Below, in pieces: positions 20,651 through 30,414 of a stretch of 64,000 nt of DNA. Position 1 is the stretch's first letter. Each line of letters starts with the position of its first letter. The stretch lies in the NCBI GenBank assembly GCA_963724825.1, contig CAVRWT010000006.1, forward strand, positions 66,295 through 130,294, written 5' to 3'. This stretch comes from an uncultured Acidobacteriota bacterium (GTDB taxonomy: Bacteria > Actinomycetota > Acidimicrobiia > Spongiisociales > ZC4RG35). The notes below the pieces were generated by a model. The model saw only the letters and a program-made list of their open reading frames with translations, did no database searches and had not been told where the DNA came from. The position numbers were made by a program, and so were the translations under genes.

Positions 20651-21624
20651 CCCAGTCGGTCCTCTCGGTCCGCGACCTATACGTATCATTCCCCACACAA
20701 GAGGGTTTGGTGCAAGCGGTTCGCGGGGTCAGCTTCGACATCGCCGAGCACGAGCTTCTCGGGGTGGTGGGGGAGTCTGGCTCCGGCAAGTCGGTGACCT
20801 TCCTGGCGGTTATGGGACTTCTCCCCAAATCAGCCATCGTCACCGGCTCCATCCAGGTGGCGGGCCAGGAGCTAGTAGGTCGGCCGGCGGACGAGGTTCG
20901 CAAGGTGCGCGGCAAGCAAGTGGCGATGATCTTCCAGGATCCGCTGACGGCCCTCAACCCGGTTCATCGAGTGGGTGCCCAGGTTGTCGAGATGATCCTT
21001 GCCCATCAAGATATCTCAGATGACGAGGCGGATTCCAAGGCGGTGGAGCTCCTAGACCTGGTTGGGATCCCGCAGCCCGATGTGCGAGCGCGGCAGTTCC
21101 CCCACGAGTTCTCCGGAGGGATGCGACAGCGAGCGGTGATCGCGATGGCCATCGCCAACTCGCCGGAGATCTTGATCGCAGACGAGCCGACAACCGCCCT
21201 CGACACGACAGTTCAAGCTCAAATCCTCGATGTAATCCAGAACGTGCAACACGAGTTGGGTGCCGCGGTGGCATTCATCACCCACGACCTGGGCGTGGTC
21301 GCACGTATCGCCGACCGGGTCCAGGTGATGTATGCGGGTCGTGTTACCGAGCGCGGCGAGGCGCACGACATTTTTCTCCGCCCAACCCATCCCTACACCC
21401 GGGGGCTTCTCACCTCTCTGCCGGATGCAAACATCGACCGACTCATTCCCATCCCCGGGGCGCCACCGAACATGATGCGGCCCCCGAGCGGGTGCGCCTT
21501 CCGCATCCGTTGCCCCTATGCCCTGGATGTCTGCGCCGGCGAGATTCCCGACCTCCGGCCCTTCGGGTCGATTGAGACCGCATGTATCAGGGTCGAAGAG
21601 ATTGCCGCGGAGGTGAGTGCTTGA
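20647..21624 (+). CDS. Oligopeptide/dipeptide ABC transporter ATP-binding protein (DppD/OppD type)
   Basis: [28 protein letters not shown], and the C-terminal oligopeptide-ATPase extension with CxFxxRC. Confidence 0.9.
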   Translation: MTQSVLSVRDLYVSFPTQEGLVQAVRGVSFDIAEHELLGVVGESGSGKSVTFLAVMGLLPKSAIVTGSIQVAGQELVGRPADEVRKVRGKQVAMIFQDPLTALNPVHRVGAQVVEMILAHQDISDDEADSKAVELLDLVGIPQPDVRARQFPHEFSGGMRQRAVIAMAIANSPEILIADEPTTALDTTVQAQILDVIQNVQHELGAAVAFITHDLGVVARIADRVQVMYAGRVTERGEAHDIFLRPTHPYTRGLLTSLPDANIDRLIPIPGAPPNMMRPPSGCAFRIRCPYALDVCAGEIPDLRPFGSIETACIRVEEIAAEVSA

Positions 21625-22661
21625 GCGAGCCCCTGCTCGAGGTGACCGATCTCTTCAAGCTCTTCGAGGTCCGACAGAGCGTCGGGACCAAAGTCATCAA
21701 GCAAACGGTCCACGCAGTTTCCGGTGTCTCTTTCAGCCTGCAACCGGGAGAGACCCTCGGGCTGGTAGGTGAATCCGGATCGGGCAAATCGACGGTGGGT
21801 CGATGCATCCTCCGCCTGCTCGAGCCGACCTCCGGGTCGGTTCGGTTTCGCGGCCAGGAGATAACCACCCTCGGTCGTGAAGAGATACGCGAGCTCCGTT
21901 CCGAGATGCAGATCGTCTTCCAGGATCCGTACGCCTCGCTCGACCCCAGGATGACCATCGGCGCCGCAATCGCCGAGCCCTTGGAAGTGCACAAAGTTCC
22001 CGGAGACCATCGGGCGATCGTCGGCGAGCTGCTCGAGTTGGTCGGTTTGTCGCCCGATCACGCTACGAGATTCCCCCACGAGTTCTCTGGTGGTCAAAGG
22101 CAGCGAATCGGGATCGCCAGAGCCCTCAGCCTGCGCCCGTCGTTGCTAATCCTCGACGAGCCGGTGTCGGCTCTCGATGTGTCTATCCAGGCAGGGATCC
22201 TCAACCTCCTCGAGGACCTGCAGAACGAGCTCAGCCTGTCGTACCTCTTCATTGCCCATGACCTTTCGGTGGTGAGGCACATCAGCGATCGAATCGCGGT
22301 GATGTACCTGGGCAAGCTCATGGAGGTTGGCGACCGCAAGGAGGTGTACGACCGCTCGATACATCCCTACACCCAGTCCTTGCTCTCGGCAGTCCCGATC
22401 CCTGATCCCACCATCGAGCGCTCCCGACATCGAATCGTCCTCGCCGGTGATCTGCCGAGCCCGGTCAACCCGCCTTCGGGTTGTGTCTTCCGCACCCGGT
22501 GCCCGATCGCATTCGATCTCTGCGCCGAGGAAGTTCCCGAGTTGCGAGCCCACTCCAAGGAGCATCTCGCCGCCTGCCACGCCCCGCTCCTCCCCGGTCA
22601 GTCCCTGGCCGATGTGGTGGCGTCGCGGACGCCGGTCCCCAGCACTGTCGCCGACGAGTAG
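21621..22661 (+). CDS. Oligopeptide/dipeptide ABC transporter ATP-binding protein (DppF/OppF type)
   Basis: [30 protein letters not shown]-terminal [11 protein letters not shown] 21621 overlaps the upstream TGA (TTGA). Confidence 0.9.
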   Translation: MSEPLLEVTDLFKLFEVRQSVGTKVIKQTVHAVSGVSFSLQPGETLGLVGESGSGKSTVGRCILRLLEPTSGSVRFRGQEITTLGREEIRELRSEMQIVFQDPYASLDPRMTIGAAIAEPLEVHKVPGDHRAIVGELLELVGLSPDHATRFPHEFSGGQRQRIGIARALSLRPSLLILDEPVSALDVSIQAGILNLLEDLQNELSLSYLFIAHDLSVVRHISDRIAVMYLGKLMEVGDRKEVYDRSIHPYTQSLLSAVPIPDPTIERSRHRIVLAGDLPSPVNPPSGCVFRTRCPIAFDLCAEEVPELRAHSKEHLAACHAPLLPGQSLADVVASRTPVPSTVADE

Positions 22662-23692
22662 TCAGCGGGCGTAGAACCGGTACTCGGTCGTTTGACGGTA
22701 GGTGCTGCCCGGGTCGAGAAGCACGCTCGGGTACTCAGGATGATGAGGCGAGTCCGGGAAGTGCTGTGCCTCCAGGCAGATTCCGCCCCTCGTCGGGTAG
22801 ACGGACCCTCCCTTTCCAGTGGTGGGAGGCATGTGCCCGGCCGAATAGACCTGCACCGCGGGCTCGGTGGTGTGGAGCTCCATGACCAGCCCGTTGGCCG
22901 GATTTTCCAGAACGGCGGCCCGGCGCAATGTGCCGTCCCACTCCGCGAGCACCAGGTTGTGGTCGAGTCCCTTCGTGGGCCCTTCAGCAAAGAGGGCCGC
23001 TCGAGGACCGACCTCAGCGGGCGACCGAAAGTCGAGTGGTGTCCGGTCAACGGCCTGAAGCGGGCCGAACGGGATGAGCCATTCATCGATGGGCGTGTAG
23101 CGATCGGCAAAGACCGTGAGAAGGTGGTCGTCCACGGTTTGCCCGCTGTCGCTTCCGGCGAGGTTCCAGTACGTGTGGTGGACGAGGTTGACCGGCGTTC
23201 GCCGATCGGTGACGGCCTGAAAGTCGATGCGCAGCCCTCCGTCCTCGGTCAGTGTGTAGGTCACGCCGACTTCGAGGTTTCCCGGGTAGCCCTCCTCGAG
23301 GTCGGGGCTGACCCGGGAGAAGGTGACGGATGCACCCTCGTCGCCTATTTCGCCGGCCTGCCAGAGCACCCGATCGAAGCTGAGCTCAGGTCCTCCGTGC
23401 AGGTGATTGGGCCCGTCGTTCGCCGCGAGGACATGCTCGACACCGTCGAGGGTGAAGCTGGCATGGGCCGTTCGATTGGCCACCCGGCCGACCGTGGCTC
23501 CGAAGTAGAGGTTCTTGTGGTCCTCGTAGTTGGCGATGGTGTCGAAGCCGAGCGCAACGTCCACTGATCCGCCCTTGCCATCGGGGACAAACAGCCTGGT
23601 CAGCCTGGCCCCGTAGATCGTCAGCTCGGCGCGGAGCCCGCTCGGGCCTTTCAGTTGAACCAGTGTGATGGCCCGCTCCTCGCTCAGCTCAT
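22662..23692 (-). CDS. Aldose 1-epimerase (mutarotase); the 5' end has lost register with its ATG (apparent 1-nt deletion right after the start)
   Basis: ORF 22662-23564 is a clear mutarotase (GATVGRVANR, NHLHGG, HTYWNL, ICLEAQHFPDSPHH). The same frame continues upstream as ELSEERAITLVQLKGPSGLRAELTIYGARLTRLFVPDGKGGS with no ATG/GTG/TTG. An ATG at 23692-23690 overlaps the upstream gene's TGA but is out of phase. Length is 1031 nt (3n+2). Confidence 0.7.
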
Positions 23693-25623
23693 GCGTCGAA
23701 GGAGTCGGTCGGACACGAATCCTCGACGCTGATGTCGGACCCGGCCCGCTCGTAGGTGTAGGCGCAATCTGGGGTGCCGATGGTCACGTCGAGAGTGAAG
23801 GTGTCGGCGTCGTAGTCGTAGCTCCCGGTTCCGTTCAGCACCAGCCCTTCGGTGAGGGCACAGTCGGCAAGCTCGAGCCCGTAACCGGCGTCGGTCACGA
23901 GAAACGTCATGCTGCCTCCGAGATTGCACCCGGCCCCGGTGTCTTCGACTTCGTCCCAGTAGTAATACTCGGGCAGGTAGTTGATCTCCCACTCGACCGC
24001 ATCGAACATGGCCTCGGCGTCCTCGAACTCGTCGATCGACGCCGGGATCAGAGGCACGTAGGGGTCAGCGACGACTCCCTCGCAGGTCGAAACCGACGGC
24101 TTGGTCCCGTCGAGGATGAAGGCGGTGGTGTCTTCATCCGGGCAGGGATTGCCGCGACCGAAGATCACATGCGGCCCCCCGCCCTGAGTCAGCAGGAAGC
24201 CATCATCGAGCCGGGTCCACACCGAGACACCGTTCGAGAAGGGCGTCGCCGGGTCAGCGGTCGCCCCGAGCACCATGGTCGGCGTTCCCTCCGCGGTCAG
24301 AGGCTCGGGCCGTTCGACGTCGGTGTTCCGATCCGGCCAGAAGGCGCAGGGCAGGTCGCCATAGAAGATCGAGCCGAGTCGGAGGTTGTCGAAGTCGGCG
24401 CCGGCTTCGAAGAACGAGTCGACGACGTCCTGCGGGCTGTCGCCCGGGAAGTTGTAGTCCTGGCACTCGACGCCGTAGTAGATGGCGTCGGACCAGGAGG
24501 GGTCTTCGATGATGCTCTCATCCACCGGGTCGGTGCCCAGGTTGGGGTAGAGCAGCCGCAGCAAGGGAATCAGGTCTCCCCGACCCGATTGGGCCGCCAG
24601 GGCCCGGTTGAACATCATCCGATCGGACTCGCCATACATCTGGCCGCTGGCCACGACCTCGAGGTCGGCCAGGCCGAACGATCGCTCCACGGTGGTCCCG
24701 TCGGCGATCGGGAAGTCGGCAGTCAGAGGACCTTCGGTGAGAAGGGCCGCCAGGGTGTCGTAGGCGGTGCCGGGATCTTCGACCATGTCGGCGAGACATG
24801 AATCGTCTGCGTTACACGAGTTGAAGGTCGCCTGAAGCGTCTGCCCGAAGGCTGTCGCCTGCTGCCCGTAGAAGTCGAAGCCATCGAGCGTCAGGTCGAC
24901 GGTTCCGTCGAGAAGCAAGCGATCGAGATGGTCGCCGTGGGCAGCAGCGTAGGTCTGAGCCACTTGCGTTCCGTAGCTCTCCCCGTAGAGGACGAACTGC
25001 TCGAAGCCAAAGGTCTGCCTGAACACTTCGATGTCTTCGACCACCTGCGCCGTGCCGAGGAACGGCAACGAATCCGGGTCGCCCATCTCGGTGACACAGG
25101 CTCCCGCGAAGGACTCCGCGGCGTCGGCCATGGACACCTGGCCGGCCTCGGTCGTCGGATCCGCATCAGCCCGATAGAGGTCGAGCGCGGCGGTCGGGCA
25201 GGTCAGCCCGCCTGACATGCCGACTCCCCTTTGATCGAAGAACACGATGTCGAACTGCTCGGGGATCGATGGATCGAGGGCCGAGGTATATGAGTCGGCA
25301 GACATGATGCCTGCGGTCCCCGGGCCTCCGGTCGCGGTCACGAAGGCACCCTTGCTCACCCCGGTGGCCGGCAGGATCGCAAACGTGACGTCGATGGTGC
25401 GGTCTTCGGAGTCGTCGAAGTGATCGAGCGGCATCTCAATGGTCACGCAGGTGAAGTCCGAATCAGGGCAGGACGTGCCGGCGAGGGCTTCGATGACCTC
25501 TGGAGTGCTGGCAGCCAGCGGCTCTTCGACGTCGGATTGGCTGGTGCAGGCGGCAGCGGCGACAAAGAGCAGCACCAGGAAGGATCGCTTCACCGGCGAG
25601 AGGCTAGGCGGACTCGAAGTCAT
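23689..25623 (-). CDS. Secreted alpha/beta-hydrolase lipoprotein (S33 tripeptidyl-aminopeptidase-like)
   Basis: Lipobox LLFVAAAAC, nucleophile elbow LYGESYGT, 644 aa, several Cys pairs. Its ATG overlaps the ferritin stop (ATGA). Confidence 0.7.
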   Translation of the reverse strand: MTSSPPSLSPVKRSFLVLLFVAAAACTSQSDVEEPLAASTPEVIEALAGTSCPDSDFTCVTIEMPLDHFDDSEDRTIDVTFAILPATGVSKGAFVTATGGPGTAGIMSADSYTSALDPSIPEQFDIVFFDQRGVGMSGGLTCPTAALDLYRADADPTTEAGQVSMADAAESFAGACVTEMGDPDSLPFLGTAQVVEDIEVFRQTFGFEQFVLYGESYGTQVAQTYAAAHGDHLDRLLLDGTVDLTLDGFDFYGQQATAFGQTLQATFNSCNADDSCLADMVEDPGTAYDTLAALLTEGPLTADFPIADGTTVERSFGLADLEVVASGQMYGESDRMMFNRALAAQSGRGDLIPLLRLLYPNLGTDPVDESIIEDPSWSDAIYYGVECQDYNFPGDSPQDVVDSFFEAGADFDNLRLGSIFYGDLPCAFWPDRNTDVERPEPLTAEGTPTMVLGATADPATPFSNGVSVWTRLDDGFLLTQGGGPHVIFGRGNPCPDEDTTAFILDGTKPSVSTCEGVVADPYVPLIPASIDEFEDAEAMFDAVEWEINYLPEYYYWDEVEDTGAGCNLGGSMTFLVTDAGYGLELADCALTEGLVLNGTGSYDYDADTFTLDVTIGTPDCAYTYERAGSDISVEDSCPTDSFDA

Positions 25624-26126
25624 GCCTCCGGGTCGCCCCTGCGGGTCCCTAGCTCATGGTCGAGAAGGAAGATCGCGCCTGAGTCCCCACCGGCTAGCCG
25701 TAGGCGATCGAGGATGGTCTGCACCATGGACTCCTCTTCGTTTTGCTCGGCGATGAAGGTCTGCAGGAAGGGAAAGCTGGCCAGATCACCCCGTTCCGAG
25801 GCGAGGCGATACAGCGAGTGGATGGCCTCGGTAACTGCCTGTTCCTGTTCCAGGGCTGCCTCGAAGGCTTGCTCCGGGCCGGCGAAGTCCGATCGCGGCG
25901 CGGGTACTTCGCCGAGGTGCACCGTGTTCCCTCGATCAACGATGAAGTCGAAGAACCGATCGGCATGGGTTCGTTCCTCGCCGGCCTGGGCTCGCATCCA
26001 GCTGCTCATTCCGACCAGATTCCGGTTGGCGAAGTAGGCAGCCATCTGCAGGTAGGCGGTGGCCGAGGTCAGCTCCATCGTGACCTGTCGGTTGAAGGCT
26101 GCTTCCAGATCTTCGGGCATTCGCAT
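25620..26126 (-). CDS. Ferritin (non-haem, bacterial ferritin family)
   Basis: ORF 25620-26171 shows four-helix ferroxidase residues (ELTSATAYLQMAAYF, EERTHADRF, EQEQAVTEAI). The start MRMPEDLE at 26126 has a GAGGAG 6 nt upstream. Confidence 0.8.
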   Translation of the reverse strand: MRMPEDLEAAFNRQVTMELTSATAYLQMAAYFANRNLVGMSSWMRAQAGEERTHADRFFDFIVDRGNTVHLGEVPAPRSDFAGPEQAFEAALEQEQAVTEAIHSLYRLASERGDLASFPFLQTFIAEQNEEESMVQTILDRLRLAGGDSGAIFLLDHELGTRRGDPEA

Positions 26127-26278
26127 AGAGGCTCCTCGGCTAGTTCGGGCCTCCATCGTATAGGTGCCCACGGAGGCCAGGCTCCGGGTGCCCGATCAGC
26201 ATTGGTAGGGCCACACGGCCTCATATTTTCACTCTCTGTTCACTTATCAACTCGTTCGCCGTCCGTTAGACCAGGGGT

Positions 26279-28111
26279 GTGAAGATTCTCCTGGCTGAGG
26301 ACGACCCCGTCGTCGGCGACGCCTTCGAATCGGCCCTGCGAGCCGGGTATCACTCGGTGCACCGGTCAACGGGTGTAGCCGACACCATTGGCCGTCTGGG
26401 GGACGGTGAGATCGAGGTCGTAATCCTCGACGTCCAATTGACGGATGGCACCGCCTGGGACGTCCTTGATCGGATCCCAAGCCCCCACCCTCCATTTCGT
26501 GTTTCGCTGGTGACAGCGGTGGATGTCGCGCCCCCCCAGCGCTGGGCTCATGTGCCTGTGTTTCGGAAGCCGTTGGATCATCAGGGCCTGATGACTGCAG
26601 TGGCCGAAGCCGTGCCCTACGGACGGTCCGACAGCTCTGAGGCCGGGGAGCCCGGGAGGCAGAACCTGATCGAGCGACTGCTCCTGGCTGACGAGCCCCC
26701 TCTAGTGGTCTCAGTCCCGGTGAGCCTGCTCGTGATCGCCCTCGTGACCCTGATATTGACGCCCATCAGGGAGGAGGCCTTCGGGGCGATCAGCGCTGGT
26801 TACTCCGTGGTCGTCCTTCTGATCGCCGCCTATGCAGGAATCGCGGTAGGCCTGGGTGGGGCGGTGATTGCCTTTCTGGCATACAACTTCTTCATGGTTC
26901 CGCCTCTGTACACGTTCGAGATCGCCTCGGCGCCCCTCGTGCTGAATCTGACCGCATTTCTGGTCGCGGCCGCGGTGGGCGCGATCCTCGTCGGAACGGG
27001 CCGAACTCTCTCCCGGAGGCAGACAAGTGACGCAGCCCTCACCCGCCTTCGCCTCCGCCTCCTCTCCCAGACCATCGATGTGTCGTCCGACCAGTTGATC
27101 GGTGTGATCACCCGCGTCATCAGGGAGGCCCTGCCTGACGAAACGTTGCTGGCCCTGGTGGAACCCGCTCAGGAGGCCCCGCCCTGGGTTCCTGCAGACT
27201 CGGCTGACCTGGCCCGCCGCGAGCGGCGGACCGTTGAAACACGATCAGACAACAGGCCGGTGCTGATACTTCCGGTTGACACCGAAGGCCTTCTCCTCGT
27301 GGCCAGCACGCCAGGCAACCGAATGACAGACCAGGATCGGAGAAGCCTGGGATTTGCATCGACTGAGCTCAGCCGGGTGTCCGAGCAGTTGGATCTGTTG
27401 AGGGCGGCGGAGGGGGCGGAGAAGCTCCAGGCCCGCGACGAAGCCAAGAATGCCCTGTTGGCCGCCGTCAGCCACGACCTGCGCACGCCGCTGGCCTCGA
27501 TGAAGGTGGCTGTGACCACTGTGCTGGAGCCGGACCTCAATCTGTCCGACGCCCAAACCCGTCACCTGTTGGAGACGGTCGATGGCGAGGTAGATCGCTT
27601 GGCAGGCATGATCGACCACCTGCTCGACCTGTCTCGACTCGAGAGCGGAGCCTTCCAACTGAGCCACGACCATGTGGACGTGACGCACCTGGTTCGCGAC
27701 GCCGCCGATCGGGTTCAACTCGCATCGGGCCGGCAAATCGAGGTCACCTCGGCTGGCTCGACGGAGGTAATCGGCGATTCGGTTCGATTGCTGGAGGTCG
27801 TCACCAACCTGATCGACAACGCGGCGCGCTATTCGACTCCGGGCACTCCGATCCTCGTCACCATCCGCTCTGAGGAGGGCTCCGTGCTCGTGGCTGTCAG
27901 CGACGACGGCCCCGGGATGACCCGCGAAGAGCAGGACAAGCTCTTCCGACCGTTCACCCGTGGGCCGAGGTCCGGCAGCGGAAGCGGGCTCGGCCTTGCC
28001 ATCACCCGCTCGATCGTCAGCGCTCACGGCGGGAGCATCGAGGTCGTTTCGAGCCCGGGCACCGGGACAACGATGTCAGTGAGCATCCCAAAGCGGGCCC
28101 TCCATGAGTGA
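26279..28111 (+). CDS. Hybrid sensor kinase: N-terminal receiver + KdpD-type membrane domain (DUF4118-like) + HisKA + HATPase_c
   Basis: The REC domain has EDD, ILDVQLTDG, LVTA and FRKP. Four TM helices include AFLAYNFFMVPPLYTF, typical of the KdpD membrane core. H-box AAVSHDLRTPL; N/G boxes NLIDNAARYS, DDGPGM, GSGLGL. No KdpD N-terminal or Usp domain is present. Confidence 0.8.
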   Translation: MKILLAEDDPVVGDAFESALRAGYHSVHRSTGVADTIGRLGDGEIEVVILDVQLTDGTAWDVLDRIPSPHPPFRVSLVTAVDVAPPQRWAHVPVFRKPLDHQGLMTAVAEAVPYGRSDSSEAGEPGRQNLIERLLLADEPPLVVSVPVSLLVIALVTLILTPIREEAFGAISAGYSVVVLLIAAYAGIAVGLGGAVIAFLAYNFFMVPPLYTFEIASAPLVLNLTAFLVAAAVGAILVGTGRTLSRRQTSDAALTRLRLRLLSQTIDVSSDQLIGVITRVIREALPDETLLALVEPAQEAPPWVPADSADLARRERRTVETRSDNRPVLILPVDTEGLLLVASTPGNRMTDQDRRSLGFASTELSRVSEQLDLLRAAEGAEKLQARDEAKNALLAAVSHDLRTPLASMKVAVTTVLEPDLNLSDAQTRHLLETVDGEVDRLAGMIDHLLDLSRLESGAFQLSHDHVDVTHLVRDAADRVQLASGRQIEVTSAGSTEVIGDSVRLLEVVTNLIDNAARYSTPGTPILVTIRSEEGSVLVAVSDDGPGMTREEQDKLFRPFTRGPRSGSGSGLGLAITRSIVSAHGGSIEVVSSPGTGTTMSVSIPKRALHE

Positions 28112-28472
28112 GACGCGGCGGGTACTGGTCGTGGAAGACGACGTTCGTTTCGGCTCGCTGTTGTGCGAGGTCCTGCAGGCCGCCGGTCACACGGCGGAAC
28201 TTGCCCCCACCAGTGCCGCCGCACTCGCGGCCATCGAGGCCAAGGTGCCCGACGTGTTGTGCGTCGACATCGACCTCCCTGATGGAACGGGGTGGGAGCT
28301 CCTCGATGAGCTGGAGCGGCGCGGCATCGAGCCCGACACCGTCGTCGTGACCTCCGCCAGCATCGGGGCATCGAAGACCAGGCACCGCCCGGGCACTTTC
28401 ATCCTCCCCAAGCCTTTCCCCGTCGACTCGTTGTTGCGTCTCGTCAACGGAGACCAACTACCCGAAATCTGA
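28104..28472 (+). CDS. Single-domain (CheY-like) response regulator
   Basis: 122 aa with VVEDD, CVDIDLPDG, VVTSA and LPKPF, and no output domain. Overlaps the kinase gene by 8 nt. Confidence 0.8.
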   Translation: MSETRRVLVVEDDVRFGSLLCEVLQAAGHTAELAPTSAAALAAIEAKVPDVLCVDIDLPDGTGWELLDELERRGIEPDTVVVTSASIGASKTRHRPGTFILPKPFPVDSLLRLVNGDQLPEI

Positions 28473-28496
28473 TCAAGAAAGAGAAAGAAGCAAGAA

Positions 28497-28580
28497 ATGG
28501 ACGACCTGTTGGTAGCACTCGTGTCCCTGGGAAGCGGACTGGTGTTATGGGGCCTTTATGAAGCTTGCCGGAGAGCCTGA
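28497..28580 (+). CDS. 27-aa hydrophobic peptide ORF, translationally coupled to kdpF (function unknown)
   Basis: My translation: MDDLLVALVSLGSGLVLWGLYEACRRA. A purine-rich stretch (AAGAAAGAGAAAGAAG) precedes the ATG. Its TGA overlaps the kdpF ATG (TGATG). Not in the ORF track (too short). Confidence 0.35.
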   Translation: MDDLLVALVSLGSGLVLWGLYEACRRA

Positions 28581-28669
28581 TGAGAACAGGTGAGTGGCTG
28601 CTTCTGGTAGTGAGTCTCTTGACCGCCATCTTCCTGGTGCTCGCGCTTTGGAAGCCGGAGAAGTTCTGA
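28580..28669 (+). CDS. kdpF: K+-transporting ATPase subunit F
   Basis: My translation: MRTGEWLLLVVSLLTAIFLVLALWKPEKF (29 aa, single TM, typical P-E-x-F end). Its TGA overlaps the kdpA ATG (TGATG). Confidence 0.7.
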   Translation: MRTGEWLLLVVSLLTAIFLVLALWKPEKF

Positions 28670-30378
28670 TGGGCACCGGATTGCTGTTGATGCTGATTTA
28701 TCTGGTAGTGGTCACCGCGGTGGCCATCCCCCTCGGCCGCTATCTGGCGGCCGTCTACAACGGGACCAATCGGCGCAGCCAGCGCTGGCTGGGATGGCTT
28801 GAGCGTGGCATCTATCGCCTATTGCGGGTGGACCCCGAGAGCGAGCACACCTGGAAGGCCTATGCCGGTGGGTTGCTTGCTTTCAACGCGGTTGGATTCG
28901 TCGTCCTCTACATACTGTTGCGGGCTCAGGGGTCTCTACCTCTCAACCCCCAGGGTTTGCCCGGGGTTCCCCCGTGGATCGCTTTCAACACTGCTGTCAG
29001 TTTCGTGACCAACACCAACTGGCAGGCCTACGGCGGAGAATCGACCATGTCGTATCTGTCGCAGATGGCGGGACTCAGCGTGCAGAACTTCGTGTCGGCA
29101 GCTGTGGGTATGGCCGCTGCGGCCGCTCTCATCAGAGGGATTGCCCGACGCAGCACCGATCGAATCGGCAACTTCTGGGTCGACCTGGTTCGCTCCAACC
29201 TCTACGTCCTGTTGCCACTGGCGACTGTTATTGCGCTCTTCTTCGTCAGCCAGGGCATGGTCCAGAAGTTCGATCCCTACGTCGAAGCGACGACCGTAGA
29301 GGGTGCCAGTCAGGTGATACCCCTCGGCCCGGCCGCAAGCCAGATCTCGATCAAGGACATCGGCACCAATGGCGGCGGGTTCTTCAACGCCAACTCGGCA
29401 CACCCGTTCGAAAACCCAACTCCGCTGTCCAACGCGGTGATCGTGGTCGCCATGCTCGCCATCTCAGGAGGCTTCGTATTCGCATACGGTCGAATGGTCG
29501 GCCGGCCCAAGGAGGGCTATGCGATCTATGCCGCGATGGCGCTCATCTTCGTCGTTATGACTGTCGGCGCTGTGGTCAATGAAACCGGGAGCGCAGGCGC
29601 AGCCGAAGGCTCCGGTGCCAACGTCGCCGCCTCGATCGATTCCCCGGGCGGGAACATGGAGGGCAAAGAAGTCAGATTTGGCCCGGCGGAGAGCGCGATC
29701 TATGCCTCGGTGACCACCAGCCTCTCCAATGGTTCGGTGAACTCTTCTCACGACTCGTTCACACCGATGGGTGGCGCCGTTCCCATGGTCAACATGATGC
29801 TTGGCGAGGTGGTGTTCGGGGGGGTCGGCGTCGGCCTGAATGGGATGTTGGTCTTCGTCATCCTCACTGTCTTCATAGCTGGTCTCATGGTGGGTCGCAC
29901 CCCGGAGTGGCTGGGCAAGAAGATCGAGGGCGGAGACGTCAAGCTGGCGGTGGTGGCGACCATTGCCCCCCAAATGGCGGTTCTGATCCTGGCCGGCATC
30001 GCCGCCGGCACCTCGATCGGGAGGGCTGGGATCTTCAACCCCGTGCCCCACGGATGGTCGGAAATCCTGTACGGGTACACCTCCGGGGGCAACAACAACG
30101 GTTCTGCCTTCGGTGGCCTTGGATCGGGCCAGACCTTCTACGCGATCACCGTCGGATTGGCGATGATCGTGGGGCGCTTCTTCACGCTGATCCCGGTCCT
30201 CGCCCTGGCCGGGCGCTTGGCCGGGCGCAAGGCCAGTGAGAGCGTCACCGAGGCCACGTTCCGCACCAATGGCCCCCTCTTTGTTGTGCTTCTCCTGGCG
30301 ATCGTCGTGATTGTTGGAGCGCTCACCTTCCTACCCGCTCTTGCGCTCGGTCCGATCGTGGAAGCGCTGAGCATTTGA
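28669..30378 (+). CDS. kdpA: K+-transporting ATPase subunit A
   Basis: ORF 28594-30378 from MGTGLLLMLIYLVV. It contains KdpA selectivity-filter-like segments (NTNWQAYGGE, GTNGGGF, NNGSAFGG). Confidence 0.95.
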   Translation: MGTGLLLMLIYLVVVTAVAIPLGRYLAAVYNGTNRRSQRWLGWLERGIYRLLRVDPESEHTWKAYAGGLLAFNAVGFVVLYILLRAQGSLPLNPQGLPGVPPWIAFNTAVSFVTNTNWQAYGGESTMSYLSQMAGLSVQNFVSAAVGMAAAAALIRGIARRSTDRIGNFWVDLVRSNLYVLLPLATVIALFFVSQGMVQKFDPYVEATTVEGASQVIPLGPAASQISIKDIGTNGGGFFNANSAHPFENPTPLSNAVIVVAMLAISGGFVFAYGRMVGRPKEGYAIYAAMALIFVVMTVGAVVNETGSAGAAEGSGANVAASIDSPGGNMEGKEVRFGPAESAIYASVTTSLSNGSVNSSHDSFTPMGGAVPMVNMMLGEVVFGGVGVGLNGMLVFVILTVFIAGLMVGRTPEWLGKKIEGGDVKLAVVATIAPQMAVLILAGIAAGTSIGRAGIFNPVPHGWSEILYGYTSGGNNNGSAFGGLGSGQTFYAITVGLAMIVGRFFTLIPVLALAGRLAGRKASESVTEATFRTNGPLFVVLLLAIVVIVGALTFLPALALGPIVEALSI

Positions 30379-30414
30379 AGTTCCCTGAATTCGTGAAATC
30401 GGAGTGTGTAAGAC

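Noticed and set aside
26127-26278. Iron-box (IdeR/DtxR or Fur) operator upstream of the ferritin gene; also TGTTCACTTATCAAC at about 26238, which partly resembles the island motif
   Set aside because: I found no convincing 19-bp TTAGGTTAGGCTAACCTAA-like palindrome. The island-motif resemblance is limited to short pieces (TGTTCACT, ACTTATCA) and lacks the conserved TGTGTAGTGT part.
28473-28496. Possible c-di-AMP (ydaO/kimA-type) or other riboswitch ahead of the kdp structural genes
   Set aside because: Only 24 nt separate the receiver gene from the first micro-ORF, which is too short for any known riboswitch aptamer.
28594-28668. GTG 28594 as the kdpA start
   Set aside because: The extension overlaps kdpF in another phase. 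ATG 28669 gives a normal KdpA N-terminus and the TGATG coupling.
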